Below are positions 56,043-64,000 of a DNA stretch of 64,000 nucleotides, piece by piece. Position 1 is the stretch's first letter; the number at the start of each line of letters is the position of its first letter. A program made the translations under genes and the position numbers. The stretch is from NCBI GenBank assembly GCA_024276275.1, contig JAJRXM010000039.1, positions 5,271-69,270 of the forward strand, written 5' to 3'. This DNA is from Candidatus Zixiibacteriota bacterium (GTDB lineage: Bacteria; Zixibacteria; MSB-5A5; GN15; FEB-12). Under the pieces are notes generated by a model. It saw nothing but the letters and a program-made list of their open reading frames with translations. It did not search any database and was not told the DNA's origin.

Positions 56043-57621
56043 AACATTACTCTACAATGCGGTTATTTATACCCAATCGGATTCTCTGGTTGTAAACTCA
56101 ATGGCAATATATAAAAACTCTATTGTTGCAGTCGGAAATAATTTAGAACATGATGCCGATTTCAAATCGTATTCTAAAATTAACTTACAAGGCAAAACTG
56201 TTATACCGGGCTTAACCGATGCCCATACCCATTTTTTCTTTTTTGCCCTTTCATTAGGACGTGTCAAACTGCACGGGTTAGAATCTATCGAAGCATGTTT
56301 ACAAGAGATTAATTCATTTGCCAATAAACTCAAAAAAAATGAATGGGTTGTCGGTGAGGGATACTCACCCGATCAGTTCAAAAAATTTATTCAACCTGAT
56401 AAATATATGCTTGATGATGTAACCGGTGGACGACCGGCCTTTATCTATTCCAAAGACCAACACTCGGCATGGGTCAATAGCAAAGCACTTCAAATAGCAG
56501 GGATAACATCACAAACAAAAGACCCACAGGGGGGAGAAATTGTTCGCTTTGAAAACGGAGAACCGACCGGAATACTCCGAGAAATGTCAGCCTATATTGA
56601 CCTCTACAATAAAATTCCGCAACCGTCCAAAACAAAAATAGATAAACTGTATAAACAAGCTCTTGCATTTGCATATCAAAACGGCGTAACTGCTGTTAAT
56701 TCATTTGATAAAGAAAATGGGTTTGCATATTTTGCCGAACAGACAGAAAAAAACAAACTCGGACTGCGTATCAACTATTATTTTCCTGATACAGTTCTTG
56801 ATGAATTACTGGAACATAAAATTTTATTCGGTACAGGTGATGAGTTTCTCAGGTTAGCCGGAGTTAAGATATATGCTGACGGTGCCTTGGGAAGTCAAAC
56901 TGCTCTCTGTTTTCATGAATATATCGGTTCAAAAAATAATTTTGGAATCGAAGTTGAGTCGGTAAAATCTATGACCAAGAAAATGAAAAAAGCTCTCAAA
57001 CTCGGTTATCCCTGTGCAATTCATGCTATAGGGGATAAGGCGGTATCAAATGTCTTAGATGCGATAGAAGAGTTACCGAAATTGCATTTTGGAGCAAAAC
57101 ATCGCATCGAACATTTGCAGTTGATTCGGAAAAAAGATATAAAACGTCTGAAAGAGTTAAACATTACTGCCTCAATGCAGCCATCACATTGTCCGTCAGA
57201 TATCAAAATGATTCATAAATATTGGGGGAAACAAGGGGCCAATGCCTTTGTATTTAATACTCTCCAAAAAAAGAAGATTGACCTCGCTTTTGGCTCCGAT
57301 GCACCGATTGAGCCGTTAAAGCCCCTTGAGGGTATCGCCGCTGCTGTCCTGCGTGCCAAACCGAACAGTAGAGAGAAGTTTTATCCCGATGAAAAAATCA
57401 CTGCCTCCGATGCTTTGTATCACTATACAGTCGGTCCTGCCAAGGCGGTCGGTCAGGAACATTGCCGTGGGATGCTTATGCCTGACTACCCTGCCGATTT
57501 TGTGCTGTTGTCTGATGATATTACTAAGCTTGCCCCGACTAAACTGTATGACATAAAAGTCTTGGCAACGATTTTTGACGGCAAGTTAAAATATGACTTG
57601 TCAAATATCTTTAAGAAATAA
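56005..57621 (+). CDS. amidohydrolase-family metallo-hydrolase (YtcJ-like, Amidohydro_3 type)
   Basis: 538 aa on the track. It has the HxH motif GLTDAHTHFF, later HAIGDKA, and GSDAPIEP. The more likely start is TTG 56032, 6 nt after AGGAG (56021-56025). Confidence 0.75.
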   Translation: MMFASKEKTLKTKTLLYNAVIYTQSDSLVVNSMAIYKNSIVAVGNNLEHDADFKSYSKINLQGKTVIPGLTDAHTHFFFFALSLGRVKLHGLESIEACLQEINSFANKLKKNEWVVGEGYSPDQFKKFIQPDKYMLDDVTGGRPAFIYSKDQHSAWVNSKALQIAGITSQTKDPQGGEIVRFENGEPTGILREMSAYIDLYNKIPQPSKTKIDKLYKQALAFAYQNGVTAVNSFDKENGFAYFAEQTEKNKLGLRINYYFPDTVLDELLEHKILFGTGDEFLRLAGVKIYADGALGSQTALCFHEYIGSKNNFGIEVESVKSMTKKMKKALKLGYPCAIHAIGDKAVSNVLDAIEELPKLHFGAKHRIEHLQLIRKKDIKRLKELNITASMQPSHCPSDIKMIHKYWGKQGANAFVFNTLQKKKIDLAFGSDAPIEPLKPLEGIAAAVLRAKPNSREKFYPDEKITASDALYHYTVGPAKAVGQEHCRGMLMPDYPADFVLLSDDITKLAPTKLYDIKVLATIFDGKLKYDLSNIFKK

Positions 57622-57690
57622 TATATCATAGTTATTCTATCTTGTTTTAAAAACGATTGACTTTATACTTTTCGTTTGTCATATTTCTAT

Positions 57691-58992
57691 ATGAAGCATA
57701 TTAATTTCTGCCTTTCATTTTTTCTTTTTTCCCTCTTTACACTCCAAATTAGTCATGCCGAAAACCAATCTGACAGTAGTCTGAATTCTTCTGAATCAAT
57801 TGTATATCAATTACATGTTGATCGCATGGTCGGAACAGTCATGCATGACAGAATAATTAACGCTATTGAACTTGCCGAAGATAAAAACGCTGAACTATTG
57901 CTTATTACACTTAACACACCTGGCGGATATACCTCAACGACTCGAAAAATTTGTACAGCTATTTTAAATTCGGAAGTACCTGTTTGTGTATTTGTTTATC
58001 CACCGGGTTCGCATGCCGGTTCCGCAGGAGCATATATTTTATATTCATCCCATATCGCTGCCATGGCATACACGACAAACATCGGTTCGGCTCATCCTGT
58101 TTCCGGAGACGGCAAAGATATAGATTCTCTAATGAATGAAAAAGTAACCAACGATGCTGTCGCGCAAATAAAATCGTATGCTGAAAAACATGGAAGAAAT
58201 ATCGAATGGGCAGAAAAAGCAGTTCGTGAATCTGTGAATATAACCGACAAAGAGGCTCTTGAACTGGGAGTAATTGAATTTACGGCTGAAACAATCGATG
58301 ATTTACTTGACCAGCTTGACTCCCTTGAGGTTGAAACTGTTGCAGGTATAGCAATATTGAGTATGAAAAAACGAAAAGTCGTCCCGATTGAAATGACAAT
58401 CGCAGAAAAAATTCTCAAACTTCTTTCAAGCCCTGATTTTATTATGATATTAATGACTATCGGTATTGCCGGTATATCTATTGAACTGTATAATCCGGGA
58501 GCAATTCTTCCCGGTGTTGTCGGTGTTCTTTCTCTTATTTTGATTCTCTACTCATCACAGACACTTCCGTACAATGTTGCCGGGGTTGCTCTAATAGTAT
58601 TTGCTGTTGCTTTGTTTATTGCCGAAATCAAAGTTGTCTCGCATGGTATCTTGGCTATCGGCGGTATGGTCTCGTTTTTCTTAGGAGGTACTATGTTATT
58701 TGATTCAGTTGACCCGACTCTCCAGGTATCAAAATCACTTTTGGTTGCAATAGTTTCTGTAATCGGGATTCTGATGGTAATTGTAATGACCGTGGTCATC
58801 CGAGACCGCAAACGAAGACCGGCGATAGGAAATGAGGGTATGGTCGGTTTAACAGCAGAGGCTCGCTCAAATGAAATGGTCTACATCAATGGAGCCTTAT
58901 GGAAAGCGGAATCTGATGAAACTCTTCACAATGGTGACAAAGTTATAATTATTGCTGTACATAAATTACTTTTAAAAGTTAAAAAAATCTAA
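57691..58992 (+). CDS. nfeD: NfeD-family membrane-bound serine protease (ClpP class)
   Basis: The ATG at 57691 starts MKHINF... with a signal peptide. It has a ClpP-like domain ([20 protein letters not shown]), then about 5 TM helices and a C-terminal OB-like NfeD domain. It is followed by an SPFH gene. Confidence 0.8.
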   Translation: MKHINFCLSFFLFSLFTLQISHAENQSDSSLNSSESIVYQLHVDRMVGTVMHDRIINAIELAEDKNAELLLITLNTPGGYTSTTRKICTAILNSEVPVCVFVYPPGSHAGSAGAYILYSSHIAAMAYTTNIGSAHPVSGDGKDIDSLMNEKVTNDAVAQIKSYAEKHGRNIEWAEKAVRESVNITDKEALELGVIEFTAETIDDLLDQLDSLEVETVAGIAILSMKKRKVVPIEMTIAEKILKLLSSPDFIMILMTIGIAGISIELYNPGAILPGVVGVLSLILILYSSQTLPYNVAGVALIVFAVALFIAEIKVVSHGILAIGGMVSFFLGGTMLFDSVDPTLQVSKSLLVAIVSVIGILMVIVMTVVIRDRKRRPAIGNEGMVGLTAEARSNEMVYINGALWKAESDETLHNGDKVIIIAVHKLLLKVKKI

Positions 58993-59008
58993 AAATATCG
59001 AGGTTGTT

Positions 59009-59776
59009 ATGCCGTTTCAAGTAATGTTAGTTGTAGGTTTTCTTGTTTTATTTGTTCTTTTTAATATCGTTAAGATATTAAAAGAATACGAACGTGGTGT
59101 TATTTTTCGTTTGGGTCGCCTTGTTGGTTCTCGCGGTCCCGGTTTGATATTACTCATTCCGTTCATTGAAAAAATGAACCGCGTTGATTTACGTGTTATT
59201 ACCTACGACATTCCTCCGCAGGATGTTATTACCAAAGACAACGTTTCTATCAAAGTTAATGCGGTACTTTATTTTCAAGTTGTAAATCCAAATGATGCTA
59301 TCGTGTCGGTAGCAAACTTTTTTGAGGCAACCTCTCAAATTGCCCAAACAACCCTTCGTTCTGTATTAGGTCAGGTAGAGCTTGATGACCTTCTGGCACA
59401 ACGTGAACAAATTAATGCCAGGCTACAAAAAATAATCGACGAACAGACCGAACCGTGGGGTATTAAAGTTTCGGTTGTCGAAGTAAAAAATGTCGACCTT
59501 CCGCTTGAAATGACTCGTGCTATGGCAAAACAGGCCGAGGCAGAAAGAGAACGTCGGGCAAAAGTTATTCATGCCTAAGGTGAATTTCAAGCATCGCAAA
59601 AAATTGCCGATGCTGCCACGGTTATTGCAACAGCACCGAATGCTATGCAGCTTCGGTTCTTGCAAACACTTGTCGAGGTCTCTGCTGAGAAAAACTCAAC
59701 GATGATATTCCCTGTACCTATTGACCTACTCGGATCTCTCAAAGACTTCTTAGACCGCGGAGCAGCCAAAGAATAA
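59009..59776 (+). pseudogene. SPFH/stomatin-family protein interrupted by a single in-frame TAA
   Basis: The reading frame runs ...[17 protein letters not shown](59576-59578)[51 protein letters not shown]... to the TAA at 59774-59776. In stomatin homologs this position reads IHAEGE, so GAA (Glu) is expected where TAA is found. Confidence 0.8.
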
Positions 59777-59824
59777 GGTTTGACTAAACAATTCTCGTAT
59801 AGTCGGTAACTAAAATAATTATAG

Positions 59825-59851
59825 GGAACAGGCTCGCCTGTTCCTTTTTTT
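59825..59851 (+). terminator. rho-independent terminator after the NfeD-stomatin operon
   Basis: The stem is GGAACAGG / CCTGTTCC with loop CTCG, followed by seven T (59845-59851). The stem sequence is the same as in the hairpin at 1078-1097. Confidence 0.75.
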
Positions 59852-60141
59852 GATTGAAATGACCCATATTGCAAAACAACTTTTTCTCTATAATCTTATC
59901 GCACACTTTTAGTTACAGTAAAATGGCTTTGTTTCGTACAAATTTAGTTTTTTTTGCATTTTAGTTTCCTTCTGAATACTTTTTAAGTATCTCATAGAAC
60001 AGGATAGAGAAAGAAATTACATAATATGTGTAGTAATACTGTAACAGCAGTCATTGCGAACGATTCCGCCGAAGACGGAAGAAGTGTGGCAATCTCATCT
60101 TTCAATCTTGACACTAAAACCAAAAGAGACGTTTATAGAAT

Positions 60142-60744
60142 ATGGATGGAATTAAGAAAATCAGTTTATATGCTATAGTTTCTGTTTTGGTAATGGGTTG
60201 TTATAATAATATGATTATTGATCCTTGGTGGGTCTTTAGAGATTATAATACGTCGATGAGTATGATTAAAAATGATTCTTTGTATTTTCGTGCGGAGTAT
60301 TATAGTTTTGATGATTCTCTCTATTTATATGCAGATGGTTATAATGTTATTCGCAATGAAACTGAAACAAATTTAGCATATAGAGTAAGATTATATATAG
60401 AGCTATTTAGTAAGAAAAAAATTAAAAATTTGATAATTGATCCTAAAAGAATTGAGTTGCGAATAAATGACAGTCTTATGGTTTTTGATTCACTGATTTC
60501 GTCACCAAATAAAAGAAATAAAAAAGAGTACTATTATGATTTACAATTTAGCTTTAATTCTATAGAGAAAATTCAACCTATTGAAAATATGCTAAACTCT
60601 AAACTTTCTGGGTATCTTATTACTATAAATTTAAATGATTTTCTTTCAATAGATTCAAAATTTTTATCAATTGACACAATCTTAGGTTTTCAAGATAGTA
60701 ACATTTATTTGCAAGCGGATGATAGTTATTCACCTTTTAGATGA
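60142..60744 (+). CDS. hypothetical lipoprotein (AT-rich orphan)
   Basis: 200 aa with lipobox VLVMGC. I recognise no motif. Sampled lines hold 19/60 and 13/60 G+C. Confidence 0.45.
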   Translation: MDGIKKISLYAIVSVLVMGCYNNMIIDPWWVFRDYNTSMSMIKNDSLYFRAEYYSFDDSLYLYADGYNVIRNETETNLAYRVRLYIELFSKKKIKNLIIDPKRIELRINDSLMVFDSLISSPNKRNKKEYYYDLQFSFNSIEKIQPIENMLNSKLSGYLITINLNDFLSIDSKFLSIDTILGFQDSNIYLQADDSYSPFR

Positions 60745-60838
60745 ACTAGCTAATTATTGACGTTAAGTAACAACTCTCTAACATCACATTCTCACTCCCA
60801 CCATTGCTAAACGAACTTGATTTACATATCTTTCCCCC

Positions 60839-62059
60839 ATGACATCACCTCTGAAAATCACACATACCCAAGTAAGGCGAATTGCTCTGCACTCATCCTT
60901 ACTCTATGGACAGGCAAAACTCCCAAAAGGGAAAGATGGTGTCATGTCGGTTATCCAAAAACTCGGTTATACCCAGATAGATACAATTTCAGTCATAGAA
61001 CGAGCCCATCATCATACTCTCTGGACACGTTGCTCCGACTACAAACCTGAATTTATGCATCAGCTAATGTCAGACGATAAATCTATCTTTGAATACTGGG
61101 GACATGCGATGTCGTATCTTCCGATGGAGAACTACCGCTTTTACATGCACTCGTTCAAACGGTTTAACAAACCGGATGGTAAATGGAGTAAAATACGGTT
61201 TGAAAAAACTAAAACTCTTTTGCCAAAAATTCTTAAGCGTATAAAAAACGAAGGAGCCTTAGGCTCTAAAGATTTTGAAAATGATGGGGCGAAAAAAAAT
61301 AGCGGATGGTGGGACTTCAAACCTGCAAAAATTGCTCTTGAACTGCTTTACTGGCAGGGGAAACTGATGGTTGCATCACGTCAGAATTTCCACCGCAAGT
61401 ACGACCTTGCTGAACGGGTTCTTCCAAGTCACATCAACAAAATAATTCCAACAATCAAAGAGCAGACTGAGTTTTGGATTTATCGTGCTTTACAATCTTA
61501 CGGTATCGCAACAGTTGCCGATATAAAAAAGCATCTCTATCATTGTGATAAAAAAGCAATCGAAAAGTATCTGCAGGTATTAGTATCATCTTCCAAAATT
61601 CTACAACTGCAAATTGAAGGACTATCAGAAAGCTATTATGCTGTGTCCGAGCAGTTTGAAAATAACTATCCCTTGAAAAAGAAAACTGACAAGCTGCATA
61701 TTTTATCACCATTCGATAATGCCGTCATCAATCGTGACCGTCTGGCAAAACTGTTTGATTTTGATTATACAATCGAATGTTATCTCCCTAAAGAAAAAAG
61801 AAAATTCGGTTATTTTGTTCTGCCTATATTGTGGGGAGATAAATTTATTGGTCGACTTGATGCAAAAGCAGATAGAAAAACAAAAGAACTGATAGTTCAT
61901 AATATTTATTTTGAAAATAAATTCAAACCTACCGAGTCGTTTAATAAATCATTCAGCAAAAAAATTCAATCATTTGCACAGTTCAACAGTTGTAATACGA
62001 TTTCTTTACGTCAATCAGAACAAAGTTTATTTACAAAAGAACTTAATAATCAGATATAG
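60839..62059 (+). CDS. YcaQ-like winged-helix DNA glycosylase family protein (DUF1006)
   Basis: 406 aa. The segment VIQKLGYTQIDTISVIERAHHHTLWTRC...EYWGHAMSYLP is colinear with E. coli YcaQ, including the Q-I-D catalytic-motif position. Confidence 0.65.
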   Translation: MTSPLKITHTQVRRIALHSSLLYGQAKLPKGKDGVMSVIQKLGYTQIDTISVIERAHHHTLWTRCSDYKPEFMHQLMSDDKSIFEYWGHAMSYLPMENYRFYMHSFKRFNKPDGKWSKIRFEKTKTLLPKILKRIKNEGALGSKDFENDGAKKNSGWWDFKPAKIALELLYWQGKLMVASRQNFHRKYDLAERVLPSHINKIIPTIKEQTEFWIYRALQSYGIATVADIKKHLYHCDKKAIEKYLQVLVSSSKILQLQIEGLSESYYAVSEQFENNYPLKKKTDKLHILSPFDNAVINRDRLAKLFDFDYTIECYLPKEKRKFGYFVLPILWGDKFIGRLDAKADRKTKELIVHNIYFENKFKPTESFNKSFSKKIQSFAQFNSCNTISLRQSEQSLFTKELNNQI

Positions 62060-62070
62060 AAGAATATTTT

Positions 62071-62150
62071 TGTCTTTCAAGACCCTCGATAAGCTCAGGG
62101 TGACTTGAAAGACAGTTACGTATAAATTTGTCGTGCTGAGCTTGTCGAAG
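62071..62150. repeat. nested inverted repeats immediately downstream of the YcaQ-like gene
   Basis: There is a perfect 11-bp inverted repeat, TGTCTTTCAAG (62071-62081) / CTTGAAAGACA (62104-62114). The imperfect inverted pair CTCGATAAGCTCAGGGTGAC (62085-62104) / GTCGTGCTGAGCTTGTCGAAG (62130-62150) is related to the GTCACCCTGAAC and GAGCGGAGTCGAAG modules at 1903-1942. Confidence 0.7.
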
Positions 62151-62238
62151 AATACTTCCAAAAATATGATTTTTTAATAGTTTTCTGTAAAAGGGATTTG
62201 GGATGTGTCATTATTTTGGATTTTCAAAAAAATGCAAT

Positions 62239-62423
62239 AAAAAAGCCGCTGTCCGTTCATCACGGGAACCGAAGCGCCCATGACGGGGGAGGGAAGTTAG
62301 GACAACGGCGATATCTTTAAAATACCATATTTCCCAAAAAAATCAATATATTTTTATCATAGAAGTGTCTAATAAATTAACACCTCAACCCTTTAATTCT
62401 TATTTGAAATTCGAATTAAAGAC
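62239..62423 (-). ncRNA. candidate roughly 185-nt small RNA (promoter to intrinsic terminator) of unknown family
   Basis: On the minus strand there is TTGACT (62458-62453), a 17-nt spacer and TACTAT (62435-62430). Downstream is the 9-bp hairpin CTTTAATTC/GAATTAAAG (62421-62391). A GC-rich 3' structure follows: GCCGTTGTCC...GGACAGCGGC (62309-62245) encloses CGTCATGGG-CGCTTCGGTT-CCCGTGATG and is followed by a T6 run. No ORF longer than 5 codons is present. Confidence 0.4.
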
Positions 62424-62548
62424 GGACAAATAGTACACTAATATATTACGCTAGTCAACTGAAATTGTTTGTTTTTTAACATCTTTTTTATACCATTCTA
62501 TAACTTTCACTTTTCATAGCTTAAGAATAACAGTATATTCTTCTCATT

Positions 62549-63049
62549 ATGAAAACAAAACGTACAGATTATATAAACTGGGATGAATACTTTATGGCAA
62601 TCGCCCAGCTATCCGCCAAAAGGTCAAAAGACCCCTCCACGCAAGTTGGTGCGTGTATAGTAAATAACAAAAAGAGGATAATAGGTATCGGGTATAACGG
62701 CTTTCCGATAGGCTGCTACGACGACCTGCTTCCGTGGGACAGAGAAGGTGACTTTTTAGATACCAAATATCCCTATGTCTGTCATGCCGAGATGAATGCT
62801 ATAACAAATTCCTCCAATAAAATGCAGCTTGAGGGAGCCTCGATTTATGTCTCTTTATTCCCTTGTAATGAGTGTGCCAAGCTTATAGTACAAGTCGGTA
62901 TAAAAGAGGTTGTTTTTCTATCAGATAAATATGCCGATACCGACATTTTTATCGCATCCCGCAAGATTTTTGATATGGCGGGAGTCCGTCTGAGGCAGTT
63001 AGTTACAGAAACCAAAGAAATTCAACTGGAATTGAACAATGATATATAA
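62549..63049 (+). CDS. deoxycytidylate (dCMP) deaminase
   Basis: 166 aa with the zinc motifs CHAEMNAI and PCNECAKLI. The N-terminus [19 protein letters not shown] is typical of ComEB/dCMP deaminases. Confidence 0.9.
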   Translation: MKTKRTDYINWDEYFMAIAQLSAKRSKDPSTQVGACIVNNKKRIIGIGYNGFPIGCYDDLLPWDREGDFLDTKYPYVCHAEMNAITNSSNKMQLEGASIYVSLFPCNECAKLIVQVGIKEVVFLSDKYADTDIFIASRKIFDMAGVRLRQLVTETKEIQLELNNDI

Positions 63050-63075
63050 GTTTTTCAATTTAGAGTAAATTTTTA

Positions 63076-63103
63076 TTGTGTTTCTGCCTATATAGATTAT
63101 AAT
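63076..63103 (+). promoter_or_regulatory. possible sigma70-type promoter of glnA
   Basis: TTGTGT (63076-63081), a 16-nt spacer and TATAAT (63098-63103), about 55 nt upstream of the glnA ATG. Confidence 0.35.
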
Positions 63104-63157
63104 AGTCGCTTATTAGAAAATTAGTGAAATTTTATATATTCTGCTGAGGAGCAAAAA

Positions 63158-64000
63158 ATGACCAAGACCAAAGAAGATATTTTAAGGATGATAGACGAAG
63201 CCGGTGTACGTTATATCAGGCTTTGTTTTACAGATATTTTAGGACAAATCAAGGGAATGTCTATTACTCGTTCTGAAATCGAACAAGTTATGGATGAAGG
63301 TCAGGGATTTGACGGTTCTTCGGTTGAAGGTTTTGCTCGTATTGAAGAGTCCGATCTTATGGCTATGCCCGATCCTCGTACTTTCAGAATTATCCCGTGG
63401 GAAATCGCCGGTGAACGGGTTGCCATGATGTTTTGTGATATTACCTACCCTGACGGTAAACCTTATTCAGGAGATCCGAGATGGGCATTAAAAAGAAATC
63501 TGCAAAAACTTGATGACAAAGGCTGGACTTGTTTTATTGGTCCTGAACTTGAGTATTTCTATTTCGAAAATGATAACGAACCTATCACTATTGATAAAGC
63601 CGGATATTTTGACTATGGCACAGTCGATATCGGTACTCAAGTCAGAAAACGTACGGTCAATGCCCTTGAAGCTATTGATGTTACGGTAGAATGTTCGCAT
63701 CATGAAGTTGCTCATTCACAGCATGAGATTGATTTGAAATATCAAGAAGCACTTGTCATGGGAGATTTTGCCCAGATTTATAAATTCATTGTCAAAGAAA
63801 TCGCTTTAGAACATGGCCTCTATGCAACCTTTATGCCAAAACCTATTTTTGGTCAAAATGGCTCAGGGATGCATTGTCATATATCACTTTTTGAGGGAGA
63901 CAAAAATTTGTTCTTTGATAAAAAAGGTGATTATAATCTCTCAGAACTTGGTCGCCAGTTTACCGCAGGTGTTTTAAAACATATTAAAGAATTTACTCTT
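63158..64000 (+). CDS. glnA: glutamine synthetase type I, N-terminal two-thirds (runs off window end)
   Basis: The ATG at 63158 lies 7 nt after GAGGA. It reads IRLCFTDILGQIKG, GFDGSSVEGF, GPELEYF, ECSHHEVAHSQHEID and GSGMHCHISL. It is absent from the ORF track because there is no stop in the window. Confidence 0.9.
   Translation, partial: MTKTKEDILRMIDEAGVRYIRLCFTDILGQIKGMSITRSEIEQVMDEGQGFDGSSVEGFARIEESDLMAMPDPRTFRIIPWEIAGERVAMMFCDITYPDGKPYSGDPRWALKRNLQKLDDKGWTCFIGPELEYFYFENDNEPITIDKAGYFDYGTVDIGTQVRKRTVNALEAIDVTVECSHHEVAHSQHEIDLKYQEALVMGDFAQIYKFIVKEIALEHGLYATFMPKPIFGQNGSGMHCHISLFEGDKNLFFDKKGDYNLSELGRQFTAGVLKHIKEFTL

Noticed and set aside
30498-59578. A possible genetic-code change (TAA read as a sense codon) to explain the two in-frame TAA codons in batD and the stomatin gene.
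   Set aside because: TAA is also the normal terminator of many intact genes here (sucD, porU, batC, bshB). It also terminates the stomatin gene itself at 59774-59776, and these stops occur at the expected protein ends. Global reassignment is therefore not tenable.
60106-60144. TTGACA at 60106-60111 followed by TTTATA/TATAGAAT just before ATG 60142, as a promoter giving a leaderless mRNA for the AT-rich lipoprotein gene.
   Set aside because: The spacer lengths (18-20 nt) are off-optimal and the -10 element is ambiguous. It is plausible but not supportable from sequence alone.
62239-62423. Identification of the candidate sRNA as SRP RNA, 6S RNA or a known riboswitch.
   Set aside because: It has no GGAA-capped domain IV with AGCA/GGAAG motifs and no end-to-end closing helix with a central bubble. 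No downstream gene lies on that strand. It is kept only as an unclassified candidate.
1-64000. A search for CRISPR arrays, transposases, integrases, prophage genes, toxin-antitoxin pairs and known defence systems.
   Set aside because: No regularly spaced direct repeats are present. No ORF shows DDE, tyrosine/serine recombinase, nuclease-helicase defence or phage structural motifs. The MoxR-vWA genes belong to the well-known Bat locus.

Overview
This 64-kb chromosomal segment is almost entirely transcribed on the + strand; only 2 genes lie on the - strand. It comes from a low-GC bacterium (about 40% G+C in sampled coding lines). The organism has a type IX secretion system (T9SS), so it looks like an FCB-superphylum member. 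However, it uses AGGAG-type Shine-Dalgarno sites and at least one perfect TTGACA-N17-TATAAT promoter, which is unlike Bacteroidetes proper.

Gene content, left to right:
- sucC (3' end) and sucD
- a roughly 1-kb non-coding patch of hairpin repeats
- a cupin, a lipoprotein and a tryptophanase-family lyase
- a roughly 17.5-kb tightly packed operon: porU-like C25 peptidase, expanded PorV-like barrel, CTD-tagged M6 metalloprotease, two DUF5683-like paralogs, NHL lipoprotein, short SprA-like barrel, Omp85
- a UbiA prenyltransferase with archaeal DGGGP-synthase-like motifs
- a complete MoxR/DUF58/BatA-E locus with three BatD-like genes
- a flippase-like membrane protein and corA
- contiguous bshC-bshA-bshB
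- a CDF transporter, an AT-rich metzincin-TPR gene and tRNA-Sec
- recG, a DUF1844 protein and murB
- canonical sprA followed by a glutaminyl-cyclase-like M28 protein, selA, selB and an amidohydrolase
- an NfeD/stomatin pair, an AT-rich lipoprotein, a YcaQ-like glycosylase and dCMP deaminase
- the 5' part of glnA

I saw no transposase, integrase, CRISPR array, phage genes or recognisable defence genes.

Most interesting observations:
1. The porU operon appears to encode a second, self-contained T9SS-like outer-membrane module. It includes a roughly 1,000-aa SprA-like paralog and a PorV-like barrel carrying a roughly 580-aa propeller-like insertion.
2. Four otherwise conserved genes are broken: two by A-run frameshifts and two by in-frame TAA codons.
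3. Families of short hairpin modules recur in the larger non-coding intergenic regions.
4. There is a promoter-to-terminator candidate small RNA on the minus strand.

All functional calls rest on motif and colinearity recognition by eye. No database search was run.
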